Of a DNA stretch of 64,000 bases, positions 54,136-64,000 are shown in pieces. A program made the translations under genes and the position numbers. Within the stretch, counting starts at the first letter, position 1. Each line of letters begins with the position of its first letter. Below the pieces are notes generated by a model. It searched no databases, was not told the DNA's origin, and was given only the letters and a program-made list of their open reading frames with translations. Origin of the DNA: Eledone cirrhosa (taxonomy: Eukaryota); assembly GCA_964016885.1 (NCBI GenBank), contig OZ024741.1, positions 83,018,001-83,082,000 of the forward strand. Direction: 5' to 3'.

Positions 54136-54499
54136 GGAGAGTAATAGTATTTCACTGGGTGCAGCAATGATTTGAATTTTGTAACTTACTGAAATAATTA
54201 TTTAGTGTTAAAATTATGTATTGAAACTGACATTTGTTTGTTATTGGCAGAATGTTTATAATAAGAAAGAGAGATTGAAGTTTCATTCTAATATATTTTA
54301 TACGTAATTATATACGTAACTCGTGTCGAGAATGACAGACTCCGAGCCTAAATCGGTTAAATGAGACATGACACTGGTATAAATATGCTCATCGATTAAG
54401 GTTTCGAGCTGGTCAATAACGAAAAACGTGTTACAAATGATTACCAGCAACATATGTGAAATCTCATACTTTCCTGTTGATTGTGTAGTACTATCGAAC

Positions 54500-54900
54500 A
54501 ATATAGTTGGCTTGACACATTTAGAGAAATTCTGGTTACCACCTTCAACGATCTAGGATTAATAATTACAATTCTCTACCAATCTCACCAGCGTTAACTT
54601 CTTAGATGTTAACATAGACCTATGTACATTTCCATACAGCCCATTCCCTAAAAACAGTGATAAATTCAGGTATATTCATAAGGATTCTAGTTTTTAAAAT
54701 ACCATTAATAATATCAGCAATTGGGTCTCAAACCTCTCTTCTATCAAAGCCATCTTTGATAGGGCTACCCCCCCCCCCAAGCATTACAAATCACACCTAA
54801 GCAACAGCGGCTTCTCCGGGAGAAGCTCCTACTCTCCTGATCACCACCATATTTATAGCAAGGAAAAATCTAGACAAATCCGTCGTGTGGTTCGCATCAC
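54500..54900 (+). mobile_element. PLE RT fragment, degenerate
   Basis: SVNFLDVNIDL..YSPFPKNSDKFRYIHKDS and ISNWVSNLSS..IFD..HY..L..SGF align to residues encoded at about 3530-3770. Confidence 0.7.
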
Positions 54901-55091
54901 AATTCGCTCAACCTGAAGACTTATATAAGTGAATCTAAACTATAATAAAGTAAGGAATGCGGCACTGCATCCAGAATAAAAAAATGTTATTCCGTTTGTA
55001 AAATAAGTTCGATTAGATTGAATAAATAATGAATGAATATTACATAATTTATGTACTAAATTTCGTAACTAAATTTCGTATTTATAAATAA

Positions 55092-56028
55092 CTAGCATTA
55101 AAGCCCGGCGTTGCTCGGGGTCATTAAGTTACCAAAGTTAGGTTGCACCACCCATTTTATGGCAGCACTCTTTTGTCTGCCAGGCACTGGGCGAATGAAT
55201 TGCAGATCTGGAAGCAGGAGCTGCGCCAGCAGTGACAATTGTAGTTTCGCCTATGGATATTATCTCTGTGCAAAAAAAGTGTTGACATTTATTGTTTCAC
55301 AGTACTTGCGCAACACGCGCGTAGACGATGCCAGCCGAACAACAGAGCTGCAATGGAATTGTTCTGCATGGTTGTCTGTGTGTTTTCTAAATTTAAGACA
55401 GTAGGGTGGATTGTGATATGAGGGAGAGTTAGCTGTTGTTTCTAGCAGGTTTAGTGACCTCATAGAGGATATGTGTTTTCTAAATTTAAGACAGTAGGGA
55501 GTGGTGTGATATGGGGGAGAGTTAGCTGCTGTTTCTAGCAGGTTTAGTGACCTCATAGAAGATATGTTTTCTAAATTTAGGACATTAGGGAGGGGTGTGG
55601 TAAATGTTTTTTTATCATTTGAAGTGAGTGTGTGTTTGTATGCGTTTGGAAATAAATCAGTAAGTTTGAAGTATAAAAGAGAAAGTAGCAAAATATGTGG
55701 GTTGTAGATAGAGGTAAGCAGATGATATGAGAGAGTAAAACGGACAGTATCACCATCAAGCTTGGAAAGAGAAAGTAGCAGAAAGTATGAAGTTGTATAG
55801 ATTTTGAATGGTAGTGGAAAGAGTTTAGCAGTTTAAATGACTGAGAAAAATCGTAAAATATTGAGTTTTATCTATTTTTTGCGTAATTGTGGGTGAAATT
55901 GAAAAAATTATCTGTGCCAAGACGCAATCGAAGCTATTTCGAATACTGAATTGTAATTTCAATTGAAGAAATTCTATATCGTAGATTTCTATAAGAAAGG
56001 AGCATGACCACACACTGAGCTTTATAGA
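55092..56028 (-). mobile_element. Non-autonomous Helitron
   Basis: Minus strand A|TCTATAAAG at the 5' end (56028); 3' hairpin CCCGAGCAACGCCGGG followed by CTAG|T (55092); inserted in AT with no TSD; internal ~91-bp tandem repeat at 55380-55580. Confidence 0.8.
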
Positions 56029-56899
56029 TTATGATTTAAAATTGACTTCTTTTCAAAGCTACACATTTCTAGACTTCCGGTATATCATCGCCATCACCAC
56101 AACTTCAACTACCATACATATAAAAAGAGAGAGTTTGTGATGAGAGCGATAGAGTGATTATGACTTCCTAAACGCTGACGCGTATGATTGTGCACATACA
56201 TAATCTATATGTATCAGTATAATCGCGCAAACACAAACTTATAAAAATACACCCTCACAGACAAACATGCAGATAAATACACATACTTTCACACAAAAAC
56301 ATTCTCAGATACATTTACACAAACACACACGTGCAGACATGATAGTGTTCAGTGAATTGGATACGGGAGGGTAAAACAAGCATAACGTTTTATTTTTTTA
56401 TTAACAACACAGTTTAACTCTTTTTTTTAAAAACTCATTTGTATAAAAATTTCAAATAATGATTACAGAAAGAAAACACTAACAAATATAATATATATGC
56501 TGTAGCTTTCACCCTTACCGCTGCATCCAGCCAGGATGTGGGAAGAAGCAAGATCACTAACTGTGACGTCCCATTCACACAAATACTCATACTTTCACAC
56601 AAACACATACATACATTTACACAAACACACACATACAGTCATGATAGCGTTCGGTGAATTGGAAATGGGAGGGTAAATGTACAACGTTTTATTTATTTAT
56701 TAACAACACAGTTTAACTCTTTTTTTAAAAACTCATTTGTATACAAATTTAAATTAATGATTACAGAACGAAAACACTAACAAATATAATATATACAAAG
56801 GAAAGGGAAATGAAAAAAGAAAGAGAAAAAGTAGACCCCATAGAACAATATGCAGGCGAAAGAATGAAAAAACGAGACGCTACCAGAACAATAGATAAC

Positions 56900-57394
56900 A
56901 ATATAGCGAGGAGCACTAGGACACCTCTCTAATAATTTTTGAGGCAAGCCAGCACGTTCGCGGTGTTACCTGGGGTGATGGCGAGGCTGAGGTGCTGGAA
57001 AAACCAAGTCCCCTCAAAAGCATCACCAGTTACCTCTGTTTGGCGAGCCGCTAGTGAAGATATTAATCTCGCTGTCAGTCAGTAGCCCGACTACCCCAAA
57101 CGCCTCGAACGCCACAGGCTGGATAATGTAGTTAGCTGACAGAACACGGTATTTTAGTATTTTGTTCCGTTCAGCTGCGGATGCTGTAGCTCTCGCCCTT
57201 ACCGCTGCATCCAGGATGTGGGAAGAAGAAAAAGTGTCACTAACTGTGACGTCCCAGGTAAGGTACCTGCCTCTTGACCAGGAGCACATAGTAAGACCGT
57301 CAAGTCTTTTCGCATCAATTCTGGATAACCCAGACAGTTCCAAAATTGAGAGGATGTTTGCCCGGGCCAAAACTCTTGAGTGGTAATAGGACAT
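56900..57394 (-). mobile_element. CRE-type non-LTR retrotransposon C-terminal restriction-like endonuclease fragment
   Basis: KRLDGLTMCSWSRGRYLTWDVTVSDT..AAERNKILKY..PVAFEAFG and LSLAITPGNTANV match the RPDG..WD.T..AE..K..KY..P.A.E..G pattern. Confidence 0.75.
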
Positions 57395-57559
57395 TGTGTG
57401 TATGTGCTCGCGCGAGTTTGTCGGTGTTCTTAAATTTGAGACGTGTGTGTGTGTGTGTCACTGTTTTTAAGTTAGAGACATATATGTGTGTATCCCTTTC
57501 CTTCCTTTTACACACACATACATTCACACAAACACATTGTGTGATGGACGGGTGGACAG

Positions 57560-58237
57560 AAATTCCTCAAATGTATATACATGTAAATGTAGTTCTACTG
57601 AAGCAGTTAGAGAAGTTCAAATATCTTGCCGCCGTGTTCATCAGTGATGGAATGCAGAAGGTTGAATTAAGTGCGAGAATTGCAACAGCTGATGCAGTAA
57701 TGTGCCAGCCTCAGCATTCAGCAATGAGAAGAAGGGGGTAGGTGTAAAAGCCAAACCCGCTGTCTTCCTGGTATTCCTGCCAACTCTTACCGAAGATCGT
57801 GAATCTTGAGTAATGACCAAAAGAATACAAAAGAATACAATTGCAAATAAAAGCGGCAGAAATGGGATTCCTCCGAAGGGTCTTTGGAGTAACGTTACTA
57901 GATAAACTGCATAGCTCAGAGACAAGAGAGTCACTCCTGGTAGAGCCGCTACTTCTCCGAATTGAGAGATCACAACTTCGATATTATGAGCATGTTGTTA
58001 GAATGTCTCAGTAAAGAATCGCAGGACACATTTCACAGGCTAAACCAACCGTCAAGAGCCCCAGAGTTAGACCCTGAGCAAGATAGTTGGATAACATCTA
58101 TGAGCTTGGCTGATCACACTTTGGGATCCAGCTGCATCAGTTAGAGATGTTTGCTTCTGACAGACTCGCTGGAAGGAGTGTTTGAGAAGGACTCTGCCCC
58201 CACGACCCTCTCAGAAATAAGTGGGCGAAGAAGAAGA
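57560..58237 (+). mobile_element. RTE LINE 3' fragment with short (GAA)n tail
   Basis: LKQLEKFKYL, AAEMGFLRRVFGVTLLD, EPLLLRIERSQLRY. Confidence 0.85.
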
Positions 58238-58769
58238 TATTGTCAATTTACTTTTCAATTTACATATATTTGTATTTGCGTATAATACCAATATGCACAC
58301 TACATTTGCTAGCAGAAAACCGGCCGTCGGGCGGTTTTTCTGCTAGTTCTAGTAATAGAAAATATTAAGGGGAATAGTATCGGATTTGCTGAAGATATTT
58401 TTCAAATAGAATATCACTTATAAAATAGCTTAACGATATTGCTACATTTGTATTGTTATATGATATAAAGATAAGCATGCACACCGGTTGAGATTCTCTT
58501 CAATTTCTATTATTAGTTATGTAATTAATACATCTATCAGTTCGTTAATTAACGAATTTGTTATTTGTGTAATTGCCAAAGCTCTTTCATCGCGCACACT
58601 ATGATTTCTGTGATTTCTCCCGGTCTCGACGTGACTTCAATTTGCTCTATACTTGTTCTGTTTTGAAATGGCAAGGACAATATTCATAAGACTGCGTGAA
58701 GAAAGATTTGACAAATATGTAAAAGGCTGCTTATCAAACTGATAAATGGACTAAATGCATAACGAATAA

Positions 58770-59310
58770 TCATTTCTAATTTAAACATTAGCCCAGCAAT
58801 ATGGTGAGTTGAAAGCCGATTATATCAACCTCAATACGTTACTTGCACTATATTTTATCAACCCCGAAAGGTTGAAAAGCAAAGTTGACCTCGACATGTT
58901 TTGGATTCAGAACGTAGAAAATCATAATTAAATACCGCAAAGCATTTTATGCGATGCTCACTACCAATAAATCGGCATATTTTTTCTGACACCTTTTCTT
59001 TTTTGTTTGAAACCCATATTATTACTTAGTGCGCAGAAGTAACATATAACTTCTTTGAGAGGGAGGGGGTGGGGGTGAATCAATCTCAAAGTCAGCTGAT
59101 TTTTGTTTCCAGAGAATGAGAGGCAGAGAGTGAATCAGAAGGAGATAGAAAGGAATAATCGACTCCAGTAGTAGATTGGTACTTCATTTATCGACCTTGA
59201 AAGGTCAAAGCTTACCTTGGCAGTATTTGAACACAAAGTGCAGCGAATGGTAACACATACCACAAAGAATTCTATACTATGCTGTAACGTCTGTGCTACT
59301 TTTTCACCAT
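58770..59310 (-). mobile_element. Two degenerate Nin/Deu-domain SINE remnants (about 58770-58970 and 59150-59310)
   Basis: TTTTATCAACCCCGAAAGGTTGAAAAGCAAAGTTGACCTCG and GGTACTTCATTTTATCGACC are reverse complements of the SINE domain. Confidence 0.65.
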
Positions 59311-59759
59311 TCGCCGTAATTCTACGACTAATAATAAAAGCTGAAGTGGAATTGAAACGGTGTGCGTGCTTTTATTAATAGCTTAACACACCAACATTTT
59401 AAAGTACCTGCTCCAACACACGATTCCACGTCAAGAATCATGCAAAACAAATATGAATTTTGTAAATGTGAAACTGCCAGATGACTTCACATTATATGAA
59501 TTTCCTCGTACTTAAAACCCAGGACATACGTACAAGCTGACAAATACATACAGACACACATTCCCAAACACACACACACTCGCAACACAAATATATATGT
59601 GTATATTTATATATTTATACATACATATATACATAAATACATACACACATACATATATACACACATACATATATACACACCCGTACATCCACATACATAC
59701 AAATTTACATTACACATATGCATGCAGATACATTCACACTACATACATACATACATGCC

Positions 59760-61380
59760 TTAACCTGTTCTGAAAGGTTCACTGTGCTACCAACAACATC
59801 ATAACACCTGAGCAAGCTGGTGGACAGAGGGAGGTGTGGGGTTGCATAGATCACCTACTAACTAATAAAATGATTCAAGAAAAAACAACAAAGAATCGCA
59901 GAAACATGACTGTGGTGTGGCTGGACTATCAAAAAGCATTTGATAGTATACCTCATGGGTGGATTGTTAAGGCTTTACAGTTAGCCAAAGTCCCACAACC
60001 ACTGGAAGCTGCTGTTGAACGTCTGACCAATAACTGGTACACCAATTTTATCCTTAGAGGTGAGAAGGAGCAAGTTAAGACTGATAAGATACATTACCAG
60101 AAGGGTATCTTTGAGGGTGATAGCTTGTCAGTGCTACTCTTCGTTCTCTCACTAAATCCTGCTGAACTGGTTATTGCAAGAACAAAGTGAGATGGATGTT
60201 AGAACTCGCAGACTTCTCAGTGTTACTGGGAACTTTAACATCAATGGTGATGTGGAAAGGCTATACTTCTCACGCAAGGAAGGTGGCCGGGGTCTACAAT
60301 CCATATTAACATCATATGAGACCCGGATAGTAACACTGAAGCAACATCTTCATCAGAGGAAAAAGGTTGGCAACCATCATACCCAGGTTTATGAGCATAA
60401 AAAATATGATTAGAATAGCCAATGATCTGGAGGAGAGATATGGAATAAGGTCTGATATAAATCTCTCACCGAGAGAAATCGGAAGATCCTATTCAATGTT
60501 CAAACAAGATGAAAAAATTGACCAATTTACAGAAAAAGTTGTGCATGGATACTTGAGACATAAAACACAGACCATAGAGCGGATAAACCACTCAAAAAGC
60601 CTGGTATGGAGTTCCGAGAAGTTTATGACATCACACCTTCAGGGATATCTCTATGCAATACAGGAACAAGAACTCCCTACAAAATATCTGCTGCACAAAA
60701 GGGGAGGGCTACCAGCTGACAATAAATGTAGGCTATGTAAAACAAAGATCGAGGATGTAAGCCACATTGTTGCCAGCTGCGAAAGATTGTCATCTCGCTA
60801 CTACCTCCCCATGAGACACGATGGGATAGCTAGAATCATCTGGAACGCACTTCGGAAAACAAAATTAACAACAAACGAGGAAGAATATATTGAGACAGAT
60901 GGCACTAAGGAATACTGGTGGAACCTGAAAATAAAAACTGCCACAAAATTAAAGCACAACCGGCCTAATATTGTTGTTTGGGACCATACATTGAAAACGT
61001 GTTCTGTTGTGGAAATCAGCTGCCCACTTGATGTAAACGTTGTCAGAAAAATACAGGAGAAGGTGGACATCTACGGACCATTGATGAGGAGTTTACAAAT
61101 CCAGTATCCAAGATACACCTTTAGCTTCATACCCATCATTATTGAAGCTACGGGTAATATACCAACCCGCTTAGACCAAAGTATGACTGAGCTTGGATTT
61201 GCGGACAAAGAGCGCAGCTCCCTAATTCATAATCTACAAATGGCTGGGATAGCTGGCACCTTCAAAATTTGCAAAACATTCTTGCGATTCAAGGTATGAC
61301 AATTTCTTTTTCTTTTATAACCTTGCCACCAGGAAGGTGGCCGGTCAAACAAATATACTCGAAATTAAGAGAAAGAGATA
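59760..61380 (+). mobile_element. R4/Dong-type RLE non-LTR retrotransposon, 5'-truncated with the RT core deleted, in a (CATA)n tract
   Basis: WLDYQKAFDSIPH, GIFEGDSLS, RLYFSRKEGGRGL, CRLC..H..C zinc knuckle, HNRPNIVVWD..VEISCP endonuclease; stop at 61299; (TACA)n at 61382-61475 and 59735-59756. Confidence 0.9.
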
Positions 61381-61754
61381 ACATACATACATACAAACAT
61401 GCATGCATACATACATACATACATACATACATACATACATACATACATACATACATACATACATACATACATACATCTTCTCAGATAAATATTATTCTGT
61501 TAATAATGGTATAAACGTCCACGACAAAAATATATACTGAAAATTGCGTTTTATATTATGTTTTTGACATTCATTTTAATTTGCAACTTCGTTGAAATCA
61601 TGGTTGAAATCATTTACCATATTTACAGATGGATAGCTTTCCTATTACGAACAATTCAACTGCGAATTATGTGGAGAGAGCCATTTTTATGTTAGCTGGA
61701 AAATTGGAGCGAGGATATTCATACTAGTTGACGAGGGACTCAATAAGATGAATA

Positions 61755-62632
61755 CGAGGTGTCAGAAAATATCCAGGAAGGACTGATGTCACAAAAGATT
61801 TATTTAAAACCCAAACTTCACACTAAGAGTGTTCTCCTTCAAAGTAATCCCCTGGAGTGTAATGCACTTTTCCATCATTTTTGCCACGCTTGCATGCACT
61901 CCTGGAAAGATTCTGCCTGGATCCTCCACAGTTACGGCCTTTTTGATGTCGTCCACGTCTTCAAAACGAGTCCCCTTCGGGTCGTACTCGAAGAGCCATG
62001 ACTCATCACCGGTGATGACTATCCCTAGCAAGTCTGGTTCGGTTTCAAGACGCTCGAGGATGTCCTGGCACACTTGCATGCGTCGACCCTTCTGGTCATC
62101 GTTCAGCAGTTTTGGCACCATCTTCGCGCAGACTTTCCGCATGACTAAATCTTCAGTGAGAATCTTTCAGACGCTGTACGGATACATGCCCAGCTCATTT
62201 GCCATCAGTCGAACAGTCAGCCGACGATCGCTACGCACCATCTGCCTGACGCGCTCAACGTTGACCTCAGTCCTGGTTGTTGAGGGCCTTACGCTCCTGG
62301 GGTCATCTTGCACCACTCAAAAACACGTGAGCGTGACATCGTCTCAATTCCATACACTTGCTGCAGCAATCCTAGTGCTTCTGTCGGAGTTTTCTCCAAC
62401 CGTACCAGAAACTTCAAGTTTTTTCGTTGCTCTGTGGTCATTGCTTGACGACCTGAAACAGAGGACATGTATATAAAATTATGAAGAAAAAGGTTTGATC
62501 GCTGCAGAGAGCTAAGATTACAGTTACATACTCCAGGGGGATTATTTTGAAGGAGAAAACTCTTAGTGTGAAGTTTGGGCTTGAAATAAATCTTTTGTGA
62601 CATCAGTCCTGGAACCTTTCTGACACCCCTCG
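61755..62632 (-). mobile_element. Mariner DNA transposon, internally deleted, ~110-bp TIRs, TA target duplication
   Basis: TA|CGAGG..TCAGAAA at both ends (TA at 61753-54 and 62633-34); EQRKNLKF, SRSRVFEW, KMVPKLL, ITGDESWLFEYDP fused directly to KGTRFEDVDDIK. Confidence 0.92.
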
Positions 62633-63697
62633 TATATTAGTAAACATGATTTGGGCAGACACTGATATTCAGGAAGCTTCTCCTTGATATCTCTCTCATA
62701 TGTTTCAATGGAATGGATCTCCACCCGTTTCAAGGATGTGTGGTCCAGTTTTTCAATCAACAGAATTGCATATTCGTGAAATTAACGGCTATATGACTGA
62801 GCATTCAACAGGCATTCTGCACCTACGATTCCATAAGCAGTTAAACGCCCATGTTATGAATGCCATGAACGTTTATCTAATAGCAATTGAAAAAGCATTA
62901 TAATTAATTTCGTTATCGAGACAATAGGCATTATTACTACAGTTCCTTAATTCAGATGTACATCGCTTCTCTTAAGTACTGAACAGATTCGGACTGAAAA
63001 CAATCTGATATTCATAGTGTTAAGACAAGTAAAATTATCCATCAGAAGTATCGTATCATTAATGCTGCACTGATTGCTTCACACTAGCATTTGACGTTTA
63101 CTGACACAATACACCTAGCAGTAAATAGACACTATGCTGCGGTACATCATGGCCTTGTAATATCAGAAGAAATATGAATTTGATGAATCTTCATTTATAC
63201 GGGCAGTAGAATTCGCACTCTTCCCTGATTACTGCATGTAAATAGATAAGCTTCAAGACGATAATTTCCTACATATTATGGGATAGCAAAATCCATGGTG
63301 CTGTGTCAAAAATCTAATGAGGTAAAAGTATTTTTAAGATATACATCTTAAACAAAAGCGTATGTTGTTAGTTTAGACGCTAGGCTTATGCACAGCTAGG
63401 TCACGTTAATCTAGCAGGAGTAATTAAATAATACAGGTTAAACTAGAATGTAAACTCTACGACTTGTATTCATAATGCACTAACTAGCATGTTGATATCA
63501 CGACTGCTGTGTTCTATTATTTAATTCAAGAAAATATTAATATAAAGAAACTAATTAATTGAGATTCTGAAATATTTATCTGAATACAGATATTGGAATT
63601 GTTTGATTAATTTTAATTCAAAGCCATTAATCTACATTATCAAGTAAATTCAGAAACTTTCCAAATAAACTTTACAATTTTTCTGAAACAACTTCTG

Positions 63698-63774
<77 letters not shown>

Positions 63775-64000
63775 AAGAGGAAAACCTCATTATTCAAATT
63801 TAATTAGCAAATAATGATTTAAAGCATCCCGCGAACATTCAGGTCTAACAAAAATATATTTTCAACGCATTAACAAATATTTCCTCATTGATTTATAAAT
63901 TAATCTCAATTATCAACTTTACATTTCATTAACTCATAAACCGCGGAGTTTTATACACATTGACTGGCCGCTCTCATCTACGGAGGAGGGCGTTACAATT

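Larger units (their letters stand above)
56113..58346 (+). mobile_element. Putative non-autonomous Helitron carrying LINE fragments
   Basis: 3' hairpin AAAACCG GCCGTCGGG CGGTTTT followed by CTAG|T at 58343-58346; 5' boundary uncertain (ATACATATAAAAAGAGAGAG); internal duplication 56270-56500 / 56575-56795. Confidence 0.5.

Overview
AT-rich eukaryotic (animal) genomic DNA with no recognisable host gene, made up almost entirely of microsatellites and transposable elements. The repeat make-up (long (TA)n/(CA)n tracts, Nin/Deu-domain tRNA SINEs, RTE, R4/Dong-type and Tx1 LINEs, Helitrons, mariner) resembles an octopus/coleoid cephalopod; this is an inference. Contents: a near-complete Penelope-like element (PLE; RT plus C-terminal GIY-YIG, 700 codons with one TGA) and three further PLE fragments; a decayed autonomous Helitron and two non-autonomous Helitron-like elements; two Tx1/L1 LINEs; several RTE and R4/Dong-type LINE fragments; a CRE-type endonuclease fragment; an internally deleted mariner; many SINE copies. 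The most interesting signal is non-coding: about a dozen type I hammerhead-ribozyme (HHR) folds found by eye. They lie either at PLE 3' ends or in small head-to-head inverted elements embedded in (TA)n. They include canonical cores (CUGANGA), the compensatory U3-A8 core (UUGAAAA), and a recurrent non-canonical CAGANGA core with U at position 17 and stem covariation, shared by two diverged PLE families. All folds and alignments were made by eye, element boundaries are approximate, and ribozyme activity is untested.
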